From: an uncultured Phycisphaerales bacterium
GTDB taxonomy: Bacteria > Planctomycetota > Phycisphaerae > Phycisphaerales > SM1A02
DNA: 64,000 nt
Reading direction: 5' to 3'
Assembly (NCBI GenBank): GCA_938084645.1
Contig: CALKEP010000008.1
Span: 32,001 to 96,000 of the forward strand
This document shows positions 1 to 9,317 of the stretch, in pieces. Positions within the stretch are counted from its first letter, which is position 1. Each line of letters begins with the position of its first letter. The notes under the pieces are model-generated. The model worked only from the letters and a program-made list of their open reading frames with translations, was not told the origin of the DNA and did no database searches. The position numbers were made by a program, and so were the translations under genes.

Positions 1-334
1 CGCTGTCGATGTTGAGGTACCCCTCCATCTTGATCGGTGCGACGGACAGGCCCTTGTCCTGCAGGAGCTTCGCCAGCGAACTGGAGAAGATCCCCTTGCC
101 GAGGCCGCTCATCACGGTTCCGATCACCGCGACGTACTTGGTCCGTCCTCGGACGTAGCCGGCGGGTTCCGGGCTGTACCACTCCGTGGATCTCCCGGAT
201 TGTCCGAAGCTCGCGAGGAAGTCGGACTCCGTGGGATCCACGTCCGTCGGATGATTCCCGTCGGAATCTCCATCGGACGAGCCACCGCCCGGTGTCGGGG
301 CGGCGTGGTCGAAGTGGCGCGGAGTTTGGGGCAT
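1..334 (-). CDS. pyrG: CTP synthase, N-terminal part (runs off window start)
   Basis: Manual translation from ATG 334: ...TKYVAVIGTVMSGLGKGIFSSSLAKLLQDKGLSVAPIKMEGYLNIDS, matching the PyrG SxLGKG and KxxxYLNxD motifs. Has a ~60-aa acidic N-terminal extension. Not in the ORF track. Confidence 0.93.
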   Translation of the reverse strand, partial: MPQTPRHFDHAAPTPGGGSSDGDSDGNHPTDVDPTESDFLASFGQSGRSTEWYSPEPAGYVRGRTKYVAVIGTVMSGLGKGIFSSSLAKLLQDKGLSVAPIKMEGYLNIDS

Positions 335-339
335 AGGCG

Positions 340-345
340 ACTTTA
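340..345 (-). promoter_or_regulatory. Putative -10 element (TAAAGT) 5 nt upstream of pyrG ATG
   Basis: Minus strand reads GGTAAAGTcgcctATG; no SD seen. Confidence 0.4.
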
Positions 346-408
346 CCGCGCCCGGGGGGGCGCGCTCAACCCGGGTGGTCGGGATCGACGCATGTGGACG
401 AAGCGTCG

Positions 409-1182
409 TCAGGCGTCCCGACGGGCACGCCAGCGGGCCACGAAGGCCTCGTATTGGGCCGGGGTGTCGATCCCCCCGGCATCGGTGGCATGGATGCCCA
501 CGGCGATCCGACCACCGTGCTCCAGAACCCGGAGCTGTTCCAGTCGCTCGGATCGTTCAAGCTTGGATTCGGGCCAGGCGGCGAAGGTCGCGAGGAACGA
601 CCGTCGATAGGCGTAGAGGCCGACATGCCGGAGCGGTTCGATCCCGTCACCGTCCCGATCGAAGGGGATCGGGCTGCGACTGAAGTACATCGCCCGGCCG
701 TCGATCGCGGTCACCACCTTCACCAGGTTCGGGTTCGCAGGATCCTCGTCGGGCCCGAAGGGCGAGGCGATGGTGGCCATGTCCGCCCCCGGGTCGCGGC
801 CGATCGCCTCGATCACCGCATCGATCGCATCGGGGTCGATCTCCGGCTCGTCGCCCTGGACGTTCACCAGCACCGCGTCCGGATCGAGTTCCCCGGCGAG
901 TCGGTCGGCGACCTCGGCGAGACGGCTCGTGCCGTTGGGGTGGTCGAAGGAGGTGGGGATCGCCTCGACGCCGGCGGCACGAACCGCGTCGAGGATCTCG
1001 GGATCCGGGGCGGTGACGATCACGCGGCCGACGTGCCGGGCGGCGATCGCCCGATCGACCACGTGGAGCACCATCGGGCGTCCGGTGGCGTTCGCCATCG
1101 CCTTGCCGGGGAATCGCGTCGAATCCAGCCGCGTCGGGATGACGACGGTGGCGGGGGCCGCTTCCGGAAGCGGGGCGGTCAG
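409..1182 (-). CDS. kdsB: 3-deoxy-manno-octulosonate cytidylyltransferase (CMP-KDO synthetase)
   Basis: VVIPTRLDSTRFPGK, HPNGTSR, VNVQGDEP, NPNLVKVV, YFSRSPIP, HVGLYAYR, LEQLR motifs. Start probably CTG at 1182 overlapping the upstream TGA. Confidence 0.93.
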   Translation of the reverse strand: MTAPLPEAAPATVVIPTRLDSTRFPGKAMANATGRPMVLHVVDRAIAARHVGRVIVTAPDPEILDAVRAAGVEAIPTSFDHPNGTSRLAEVADRLAGELDPDAVLVNVQGDEPEIDPDAIDAVIEAIGRDPGADMATIASPFGPDEDPANPNLVKVVTAIDGRAMYFSRSPIPFDRDGDGIEPLRHVGLYAYRRSFLATFAAWPESKLERSERLEQLRVLEHGGRIAVGIHATDAGGIDTPAQYEAFVARWRARRDA

Positions 1183-2639
1183 GCGCCCAGTTCCTTGATG
1201 AGGGCGTCGACGTCCTTGCGCTTCTGGCGGATGTCGCGGTAGCTGATGTCCTTGCGGACGATCGCCGAACAGATCTCCGCCGCCTCCCGGGCCTCCTCGA
1301 TCGAGTTCGAGGCGCGGGCGAGGTCGATCAGCGAGAGCATCAGGTCGTACCGGATCATCAGTTCGCGATCGCGTTCGGTCGCGTCGAGCTTCTCGATCGC
1401 CTCGCGGAACTCGCCGACCGCCTCCTGGTGCCAGCCTTCCTGGGCGAAGCACTTGCCGAGCATGTGGGTGGCGCGGGTCCGGTACTTGGCCTCGTCCTTG
1501 CACTGCTGGAACATGGCCATCGCGTCCTCGAAGTTGCCCCGGTCGAACTCGATCGCACCGAGTTCGAACTTGATGCCTCGATCGGTCGGGTACTTCGCGA
1601 CGCGTTCGTTGTACTCCGCGGATCGGAGTTCGAGGAGTTCGGACCGGAGCGCGTCCGCTTCCTCGGCGTTCGAGCCGGATTCATCGATCGCCCGGATCCG
1701 CTTCGTGAGCCGGTTCATCCGGATGTCGCCGGCCGCCATGCGGAACCGGTACTGCTGCGAGGCCTCGAACCCCTTCATCAGGACGTCGATCGCGATTTCG
1801 TCGTCCTCGGGGGTGTCGTTCCGACGAAGGAGCTGGGCGTACTTGGTGATCGCCTCGGCGTTGCCGGGATTCTCCTCGAACGCGGCCTTCGCCCGCTCGA
1901 TCGCCCGCTCGGCGCCGGCACCGCCGGAGAGTGATTCCTGATCCTGCAGCTCGGCCTGCTTGTCGGCATCCCGGATGTTGCTGCGGAAATCGCCTTGCTC
2001 GTCGGCGGGCTTGTTGAAGCCGCCCTCCGAGATGGTCCGTTGCGCGGACAGTTCGTTCAGCTCCGAGATCAGGTCGGAGTCGGAGGGATCGATCGCGATC
2101 GCCTTCTCGGCCGAAGCGAAGGCTTCCTTCCAGGCATCGACTTCGGAGAAGAGGTCCTTGCCCTGGGTGTAGAGCTGCTTGGTCTGCTTCTTGGCCTTCG
2201 ACATCATCGCGAAGACCCGGGGCGCGAGCCACTGTCCGAACTCCAGCTGCTCCGCCTTGCCGACCGCCGCGAGCAGCTTCATCGCGAGCTGCAGGTTGTT
2301 GATGTCCTTCGCCCACGCGAATTCGGCGGCCGCCATCCTGTCGGCGGGGCTCGAACCGTCGATCGCCCGGATCTCCTTGCCGGTCGCGGCCTTTCCGGAG
2401 GACTGGAGGTACCGGACCGCCGTCTCGTAGAGCGCGACGTGCGACGCCATGTTCCCCGGATCGAATCGAAGGCCACGAGCGTACATGTCGATCGCGTAGG
2501 AGAAGTTCCCCGTCTGGGCGACGGTCCGCGCATGCTCGAAGAACTTGGCGGCCTTCTCGGGCTGGGGCCGCCAGCCTTCGTCGATCAGGCTTTCGCCGGC
2601 ATCTTCTCCGGTCTTCTTCTTCTTTCCGAACAGCGCCAC
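1179..2639 (-). CDS. Tetratricopeptide-repeat protein
   Basis: Helical TPR-like repeats (e.g. FELGAIEFDRGNFEDAMAMFQQC, LGKCFAQEGWHQEAVGEFREA) and C-terminal DISYRDI. GTG 2639 is preceded by AAGGAG. Confidence 0.8.
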   Translation of the reverse strand: MALFGKKKKTGEDAGESLIDEGWRPQPEKAAKFFEHARTVAQTGNFSYAIDMYARGLRFDPGNMASHVALYETAVRYLQSSGKAATGKEIRAIDGSSPADRMAAAEFAWAKDINNLQLAMKLLAAVGKAEQLEFGQWLAPRVFAMMSKAKKQTKQLYTQGKDLFSEVDAWKEAFASAEKAIAIDPSDSDLISELNELSAQRTISEGGFNKPADEQGDFRSNIRDADKQAELQDQESLSGGAGAERAIERAKAAFEENPGNAEAITKYAQLLRRNDTPEDDEIAIDVLMKGFEASQQYRFRMAAGDIRMNRLTKRIRAIDESGSNAEEADALRSELLELRSAEYNERVAKYPTDRGIKFELGAIEFDRGNFEDAMAMFQQCKDEAKYRTRATHMLGKCFAQEGWHQEAVGEFREAIEKLDATERDRELMIRYDLMLSLIDLARASNSIEEAREAAEICSAIVRKDISYRDIRQKRKDVDALIKELGA

Positions 2640-2838
2640 GGGAGGCTCCTTCGAGGACGAGCTGTCTGCCGCGCCGGGAAAGCCCGGTGCGGACGTATCG
2701 CGTGAATGGGCCAAGGTACCCGCCCCGGGCCGAGCGGGTCAATGGAGGAGGGGTGTCGAGGCCATTCCCGAGGCCCGCCTCCGGGTCCCTTCGTCCGAAA
2801 CGTCGCTCCTGATTCGACCAGTTCCGGGAACGGTTCAC

Positions 2839-2844
2839 TACCAT
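2839..2844 (+). promoter_or_regulatory. Putative -10 element (TACCAT) 7 nt upstream of def GTG
   Basis: TACCATccgagatGTG; no SD. Confidence 0.5.
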
Positions 2845-2851
2845 CCGAGAT

Positions 2852-3397
2852 GTGGCCGACCACTCCGCCGAATTCGAACCGCTGCCGACCCGGATCGTCC
2901 GGTATCCGGACCCGGTGCTCGCCAGGCCGGCATCGCCGGTCACCGCCTTCGACGACGAACTTCACGCCTTCCTCGAACGGATGATCGAGTTGATGCGGGA
3001 GTCCGAGGGGGTCGGTCTCGCAGCGCCGCAGGTCGGCGTTTCGCGACGCATCTTCGTCGCCGAGCCCGAGCCGGGGCCGGAGTCGGTTCCGGTCGTCTTC
3101 ATCAACCCGGAGTTGGAACTCGGTGGTGGGCTCGAGCCTTTCGAGGAGGGTTGCCTGAGCATTCCCGAAGTCCGGGTGATGGTTCGCCGGCCGAGCGTCG
3201 TGAGGATCCGCGCCCTCGATCTCGACGGGGCGCCGTTCGAACTCGAGGACGATGCGTTTCCCGCCCGGGTCTGGCAGCACGAATTCGATCATCTGGAGGG
3301 CGTGCTGATCACGGATCGAATGTCGCCGCGCGATCGACTGACGCATCGAAAGCGGTTGAAGGCGATGCGCGAGGACTTCGAGGATGCCGGCCGATGA
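2852..3397 (+). CDS. def: Peptide deformylase
   Basis: GVGLAAPQVG, EGCLS, QHEFDHLEG motifs. Confidence 0.97.
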   Translation: MADHSAEFEPLPTRIVRYPDPVLARPASPVTAFDDELHAFLERMIELMRESEGVGLAAPQVGVSRRIFVAEPEPGPESVPVVFINPELELGGGLEPFEEGCLSIPEVRVMVRRPSVVRIRALDLDGAPFELEDDAFPARVWQHEFDHLEGVLITDRMSPRDRLTHRKRLKAMREDFEDAGR

Positions 3398-4380
3398 CCG
3401 ACGACGCCCGACGACGCGTCGCATTCCTCGGATCCGGGGCGTTCGGCGTGCCGACGCTGGAGGCGCTGGGGCGTGGATTCGAGGTTCCGCTCGTCATCTC
3501 GCAACCGGACCGACCCGCCGGTCGCGGCCGCCTCGAGACGCCGACACCCGTCTCCGCCCGGATCCTCGAGGACGTGGATGGCGGCGCATTCGCGGGAACG
3601 GAACTGGTTCGAACCGAGAACGCCAACGGCGCTGCGGTGGTCGAACGACTCGCCGATCATCGCGTCGACGCGATGGTCGTGATCGCGTTCGGCCAGAAGC
3701 TGGGAGCGGCGCTGCTCGACGGTCGCTTCGCGATCAACCTGCATGCCTCGCTCCTGCCCCGCTGGCGTGGAGCGGCGCCGATCAACCGATCCATGATGGC
3801 GGGCGACGCGGAGACCGGCGTCAGCGTCATCTCGCTCGCGAGCCGGATGGATGCGGGTGAGGTCCACGCCACGCGCTCCACCGCGATCGACCCGCGGGAG
3901 ACCGCGGGGGAGCTCCACGATCGACTCGCGGTGCTCGGCGTCGATGCGGTGATGGAGGTGCTCGATCGCTTCGCGGCCGGAGTGGTCGAATCCATCGTGC
4001 AGGACGAGGCGGCGGTGACCGCGGCGGCGAAACTGTCGAAGGCGGAGGCGACCGTCGACTTCGATCGATCGGCGGACCGGGTCCGGGGTCGGATCCACGG
4101 ACTCGTCCCCTGGCCGGGATGCCAGGTCGAGGCGGTCGAGCCGAACGGAACCACGCACCGGCTTCGGATCCATCGGGTCGAGGCGCTCGCGGACACGGTC
4201 GACGGGGGCGCGGGAACCCTGTTCGAGGACGGCACGGTCGCCTGCCGAACTGGAGGGGTCCGGCTGCTCGAGGTCCAGATCCCCGGTGGGCGGGCGATGG
4301 ATTGGGCCGATCTCCGTCGTGGCCGACCGTTTCCGGAGGGGACCCGGCTCCAAGCCCTCGGAGGCGACGGCGATCGATGA
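3394..4380 (+). CDS. fmt: Methionyl-tRNA formyltransferase
   Basis: SQPDRPAGRG, INLHASLLPRWRGAAPI, MDAG motifs; ATGA overlap with def. Confidence 0.96.
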   Translation: MTDDARRRVAFLGSGAFGVPTLEALGRGFEVPLVISQPDRPAGRGRLETPTPVSARILEDVDGGAFAGTELVRTENANGAAVVERLADHRVDAMVVIAFGQKLGAALLDGRFAINLHASLLPRWRGAAPINRSMMAGDAETGVSVISLASRMDAGEVHATRSTAIDPRETAGELHDRLAVLGVDAVMEVLDRFAAGVVESIVQDEAAVTAAAKLSKAEATVDFDRSADRVRGRIHGLVPWPGCQVEAVEPNGTTHRLRIHRVEALADTVDGGAGTLFEDGTVACRTGGVRLLEVQIPGGRAMDWADLRRGRPFPEGTRLQALGGDGDR

Positions 4381-5081
4381 GCGAGCACGGCTCCATCCGT
4401 CGCGGTCTTGGTGATTTCGCGGCCACCCTCTGGGACCTGCTCCACGTCGGTCGAAACGACGACTCGAAGTCGTCCATCGCCGCTCGACGGTCACGGGCGG
4501 TCGTCATCGATGCGACGCCGTCTCGGCCCGTCCGATCCCGTGGCCGGCAGCAGACGAGATACGAGGACCTGGTCGGCTCGATGAAACGGCGATACGGACT
4601 TCGGGTGGTCCGCTGGCGGTCGAGCACCTCTGGTTGTGCCTGGACGGTCGCGTACCGTGATGGGAGCGTGGCGCGGTTGATCGAGTCACCGAGGCCGCGG
4701 GGGCCGATGAGTTGCGCCGTGTTTCTCCACGAAGTGGGCCACCACGCGATCGGCCTCGGGACCTACCGCCCACGCTGTCTCGAGGAATATCACGCCTGGC
4801 GCTGGTCCTTCGAGACGATGCTCGAGCTCGGCTTCAACGTCACCGAGGCGGTACGAAGGCGACGCGATGAATCCCTGCACTACGCGATCGCCAAGGCGAG
4901 GCGTCGCGGGCTCAAGCGACTCCCGGGTGAACTGACCCCTTTCCTCGAGCCGAGATCCCGCGACACCGAACCGTTGCCCGCCCTTCTCGAGCAGGTTCGT
5001 GGTCCGGCTCTGCGCGACGATCCGGGTACGGGGCTCGATGCATCGCCGGCGACCGGTGGAATGTCGCCGCTCGCCGGGTAG
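4377..5081 (+). CDS. Hypothetical protein with HEXXH zinc-metallopeptidase motif
   Basis: VFLHEVGHH followed by CLEEYHAW; ATGA overlap with fmt stop. Confidence 0.72.
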   Translation: MSEHGSIRRGLGDFAATLWDLLHVGRNDDSKSSIAARRSRAVVIDATPSRPVRSRGRQQTRYEDLVGSMKRRYGLRVVRWRSSTSGCAWTVAYRDGSVARLIESPRPRGPMSCAVFLHEVGHHAIGLGTYRPRCLEEYHAWRWSFETMLELGFNVTEAVRRRRDESLHYAIAKARRRGLKRLPGELTPFLEPRSRDTEPLPALLEQVRGPALRDDPGTGLDASPATGGMSPLAG

Positions 5082-5092
5082 CATCCGTTCCG

Positions 5093-6274
5093 ATGGGGCT
5101 CCGAACCGACCAACTCGATTTCGACCTCGATCCGGCCCTGGTGGCCGCGGCGCCCGTGTCGCCTCGTGATTCGGCGAGGATGCTGGTGGTCACCCTGCCT
5201 CCGGCCGACCTCGACGACGGTGCGTCACTCGACCTCGAACATCGCCGAATCGCGGATCTTCCCGAGTATCTCGAGGCGGGCGATCGACTCGTGCTCAACG
5301 AGACGAGGGTGGTGCCCGCCCGCATCCGAGGTCGCCGGGTCGACACGGGTGGGGGGCTCGAGGGGCTGCTGGCCGAATCCGCGGGCCTCGGCCGATGGTG
5401 GGCGATGCTTCGAAAGAGCCGTCGGCTCCGTCCGGGCCACGAGATCGACGTGCTCGATCACGGCGGTGCGTCGACGGGATTCCGGCTCCGGGTCGAGGAC
5501 ACCGATGACGCCGGCCGGGTCCTGGTCGCCCTCGTCGATCTCCGCGCCGGCGATGACGAAGATGCTCCGATCGGTCAGGCGACCATCGAGGCGTTCCGGG
5601 CGGACGCGGGGGAGATCCCGCTCCCGCCCTACATCCTCCACGCCCGCCGGGATCGAGGCCTGCCCGAGTCGGATCCGCACGATTCGGACTGGTACCAGAC
5701 GACGTTCGCCGCGGCCTCGGATCCCACCGCCTCGGTGGCCGCCCCCACGGCAGGACTGCATCTGACCGATGGACTCCGGCGGCGACTGGCGGATCGAGGG
5801 GTCGAGGAGATCCGGATCTCGCTCGAAGTCGGTGCGGGGACGTTCAAGCCGGTGGAGGTGGAGGAGCTTGACCGCCACCCCATGCACGAGGAACGGTGCC
5901 TGGTCACACCGGCGGCGGCGGCCGCGATCGGGCGGGCCGAGGCGGATCGAATCGCCGGATGTGGACGGATGGTCGCGGTCGGGACCACTGCGGTGCGGAC
6001 CCTGGAGTCGATGGCCCCGATCGACCGGCTTCCGGAGGCGGTGGACGGCCGGCACGACTGGCGGACGGACCTGCTCATCCAGCCGGGCCACGAATTCCGA
6101 CGCGTCGACGCGATGCTGACGAACTTCCACCTGCCTCGCTCCACCCTGCTCGCCCTGGTCGCGGCGATGGCCGGGCTCGAGCGCACCCGCGCGATCTACG
6201 CGGCGGCGATCGAGGCGCGGTACCGCTTCTTCAGCTACGGCGATGCGATGTTCGTGCGACGGCGAGTCGACTGA
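5093..6274 (+). CDS. queA: S-adenosylmethionine:tRNA ribosyltransferase-isomerase
   Basis: LVLNETRVVPAR, PLPPYI, YQT, SVAAPTAGLH, VGAGTFKP, VGTTAVR, TNFHLPRSTL, YRFFSYGDAM. Confidence 0.97.
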   Translation: MGLRTDQLDFDLDPALVAAAPVSPRDSARMLVVTLPPADLDDGASLDLEHRRIADLPEYLEAGDRLVLNETRVVPARIRGRRVDTGGGLEGLLAESAGLGRWWAMLRKSRRLRPGHEIDVLDHGGASTGFRLRVEDTDDAGRVLVALVDLRAGDDEDAPIGQATIEAFRADAGEIPLPPYILHARRDRGLPESDPHDSDWYQTTFAAASDPTASVAAPTAGLHLTDGLRRRLADRGVEEIRISLEVGAGTFKPVEVEELDRHPMHEERCLVTPAAAAAIGRAEADRIAGCGRMVAVGTTAVRTLESMAPIDRLPEAVDGRHDWRTDLLIQPGHEFRRVDAMLTNFHLPRSTLLALVAAMAGLERTRAIYAAAIEARYRFFSYGDAMFVRRRVD

Positions 6275-6348
6275 CCACCGACCGGCCCGGGGATTTCAGT
6301 CGGCGGCCACGAGTGGTCGATGCTACATCGACACCAACAGGGAAACCC

Positions 6349-7890
6349 ATGCCACGCCAGACGAGCCTTGGAGACCTGCTCGAGGATGCGGCGCTCGCCG
6401 GGACGATCCAGGTCGTCGCGGGGGACGCCGTCGGCGGTCGAATCACCGGGATCACCGAGGACAGCCGTCTCGTCGGGGACGGCGCGATGTTCGTGGCGCG
6501 TCCGGGAACGATGCACGACGGTGGCGACCACGTCGCCGATGCGATCGAACGCGGGGCCGGGGCGATTCTCGCGGTCCCGGCCGTGGCGACGGGCGTTCCG
6601 GCCCCGGTGGTGGGGATCGCGACGCCGGATCCCGCGAAGATCGGCGGTGACCTCGCCTTCCGATTCCACGGTCACCCGGAACGGCGGATGGGATTCGCCG
6701 GCATCACCGGGACCAACGGCAAGACCACGGTCGCGACGCTCGCCCGTCAACTGCTGGCCGCGACGCTCGGGCGTTGCGGCCTCGTCGGGACCATCGAGAC
6801 CCACGACGGGGTCGGGTCGACCCCGGCGACGCTCACCACGCCGGGCCGAATCACGCTCGCAGGCCTGCTCGGGGATTTCGCGGAGGCCGGGTGCGAGCGG
6901 GTCGTGATGGAGGCCTCCAGCCACGCGCTCGACCAGGGCCGGGTCGCGGACATCGACTTCGACGTCGCGGTCTTCACCAACCTCTCGGGCGACCATCTCG
7001 ACTACCACGGCGACATGGCGTCCTACGCGGCCGCGAAGGCCCGGCTCTTCGCGGGGCTGCGTTCGGATGCGACCGCGATCATCAATCTCGCCGATCCGGC
7101 GTCCGGGACGATGCTCGACGCCGGGCCGGCCCGCGTCATCGGCGTGGTCCCCGCCGGCGCCGCGGCGGACGTGCCCCATGGCGTTCGTTGTCTCGAACAC
7201 CGGATCATCGATCGCGACTTTTCAGGGATGACGCTCGAGCTCCGCTTCGACGCGGACGCGCATCGCGTCCGGATCCCGCTCGTGGGTGATCACAACGCCT
7301 TCAACGTCGCGGCGGCGGCGGGGATGGCGGTCGCCTTCGGGGCGGACTGGTCGGCGATCCTGGCGGCGTTGGAGACGGCCGAGGCCCCGCGGGGCCGCCT
7401 CCAGCCGGTTCACGGGTCGGCGGACGAGGTTCGCGTCTTCGTCGACTACGCCCATACCGACGACGCCATCGTGAACGTCCTCGCCGGCATCCGGCCCGAA
7501 GTCCCGTCCGACGCCGCGCTCGTCGTCGTCTTCGGCGCCGGGGGCGACCGGGATCGAACCAAACGCCCCCGCATGATGCATGCCGCGCTCGACGGGGCCG
7601 ACCGAGTCGTGGTGACGAGCGACAATCCTCGAACCGAACCGCCCGAGGCGATCGTGGCGGAGATCGTCGCGGCGTGCGATACGGACCGGCTGGACCGGAT
7701 CCATGCGGAGGTCGACCGGGCGCTGGCCATCGAGCATGCGATCGCCACCGCGGAGGCCGGCGACGTGATCGTGATCGCGGGCAAGGGACACGAGGACTAC
7801 CAGATCGTCGGTACGGAACGGCGTCACTTCGACGACGTGGAGGTGGCGGCCGCCGCCCTCGCCCGAAGACGCGGGGAGGCGATGCATTGA
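6349..7890 (+). CDS. murE: UDP-MurNAc-tripeptide synthetase (meso-DAP type)
   Basis: GITGTNGKTT, MEASSHAL, FTNLSGDHLDYH, VDYAHT, GAGGDRDRTKRP, SDNPR, AGKGHEDYQ. Confidence 0.96.
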   Translation: MPRQTSLGDLLEDAALAGTIQVVAGDAVGGRITGITEDSRLVGDGAMFVARPGTMHDGGDHVADAIERGAGAILAVPAVATGVPAPVVGIATPDPAKIGGDLAFRFHGHPERRMGFAGITGTNGKTTVATLARQLLAATLGRCGLVGTIETHDGVGSTPATLTTPGRITLAGLLGDFAEAGCERVVMEASSHALDQGRVADIDFDVAVFTNLSGDHLDYHGDMASYAAAKARLFAGLRSDATAIINLADPASGTMLDAGPARVIGVVPAGAAADVPHGVRCLEHRIIDRDFSGMTLELRFDADAHRVRIPLVGDHNAFNVAAAAGMAVAFGADWSAILAALETAEAPRGRLQPVHGSADEVRVFVDYAHTDDAIVNVLAGIRPEVPSDAALVVVFGAGGDRDRTKRPRMMHAALDGADRVVVTSDNPRTEPPEAIVAEIVAACDTDRLDRIHAEVDRALAIEHAIATAEAGDVIVIAGKGHEDYQIVGTERRHFDDVEVAAAALARRRGEAMH

Positions 7891-9317
7891 TTCGAAGGCG
7901 CCTCCTCGAAATCGCCGACATCGTCGGCGGTCGTCCGGTCGGTGATCCGGCCCGCGATGGCCACGACGGGCTGCAAGATCCGGAAGTGCACGGGATCGGG
8001 ACGGACACCCGAACGACGCTGACCGGTCGGCTCTTCATCGCGATTCCCGGCGATCGCCATGACGGCCACGATCATCTGGAGGCGGCCCGGACCGCCGGGG
8101 CGACGGCGGCGCTCGTCGAATCCGGATACCTCGACCAGGGTGGCAGGATGCCCGAAGGCCTGCCGGGGATCGCGGTCGCCGAGATTCGCCCGGCCCTCGC
8201 GGCGCTCGCGCGAGATCACCGGCGTCGCCTCGACGGCGTCGTGATCGGGATCACCGGTTCCTCCGGCAAGACCACGATCCGTTCCATGGCGGAGCGCGTC
8301 CTCGCCGAACTCGGGCCGGGGACCGCGAGCATCCGCAGTTTCAACAACGACCTCGGCGTCCCGCTCACCATCCTCGAGGCCGACGAAGCCGATCGCTGGG
8401 TGCTGCTGGAGATCGGGACCAACGCCCCCGGCGAGATCGCGCATCTCGCCGAAATCGCCGATCCGACCATCTGCGTCCTCACCGGCGTGGGGCGGGCGCA
8501 CCTCGGCGGGTTCGGTTCGGAGGCCGCGATCGCCGCCGAGAAGTCGGCCCTGATCGACGCGGTCGCCGGAAACGCGGGCACCGCGATCGTCAATGCCGAT
8601 GCCGAGGTGATGGCGCCGGAGATCTCCGGTCGACGCGCGGCCGGCGCGTCGATCGTGACGTACGGTGAATCCGTCGCCGTCGATCGAAGTCTCGTGCACC
8701 GTTCGGTTCGACCGGGTGGCGGGCAGACGATCGACCTCGGTGACTTCAGGTGTGAACTGGGACTCGACGGTCGGCACAACGCGATCAACGCGATCGCGGT
8801 AGTCGAACTCGCTCGCTCGCTCGGTGTCGCCGATGCCGACATCGCCCGAAGGCTTGCGGAACTCGAGCCACCACCGATGCGGTTCGTCCGTCACGTGGTG
8901 GGTGGCGTCGAGATCGTCGATGACACCTACAACGCGAATCCCGAGTCGATGCGTGCGTCGCTCGAGACCTTCGCGGAGATCTCGAGCGCGGCGAACCGCC
9001 GAATCGCGGTGCTGGGCGGCATGCGGGAGCTCGGGACCCGGTCGACGGCGCTCCATGAAGCGGTCGGGGCGGTGGCGGCGAGGACGTTGGACGAGATCGT
9101 GGTGGTGGGTGGCGAGGACGCGGTCGCGATCGGCCGGGGGGCCCGCGACGCCGGGTTCGAGGGTGTGCTGCACGAGGTCGCGGACGGTGATGCGGCGACG
9201 GCCCTGCTCGCCGGGCAGATCTCGTTCGGAGATGCGATCCTGTTCAAGGGATCCCGTTCGGTTGGTTTGGAGAAGGTGGTCGTCTCGATTCTGGAATCCC
9301 TGGAGGCTCGCGGTTGA
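7887..9317 (+). CDS. murF: UDP-MurNAc-pentapeptide synthetase (D-Ala-D-Ala adding)
   Basis: GITGSSGKTT, SFNNDLGVPLT, DDTYNANPESM, GMRELG, KGSR; TTG start overlapping murE stop. Confidence 0.94.
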   Translation: MIRRRLLEIADIVGGRPVGDPARDGHDGLQDPEVHGIGTDTRTTLTGRLFIAIPGDRHDGHDHLEAARTAGATAALVESGYLDQGGRMPEGLPGIAVAEIRPALAALARDHRRRLDGVVIGITGSSGKTTIRSMAERVLAELGPGTASIRSFNNDLGVPLTILEADEADRWVLLEIGTNAPGEIAHLAEIADPTICVLTGVGRAHLGGFGSEAAIAAEKSALIDAVAGNAGTAIVNADAEVMAPEISGRRAAGASIVTYGESVAVDRSLVHRSVRPGGGQTIDLGDFRCELGLDGRHNAINAIAVVELARSLGVADADIARRLAELEPPPMRFVRHVVGGVEIVDDTYNANPESMRASLETFAEISSAANRRIAVLGGMRELGTRSTALHEAVGAVAARTLDEIVVVGGEDAVAIGRGARDAGFEGVLHEVADGDAATALLAGQISFGDAILFKGSRSVGLEKVVVSILESLEARG

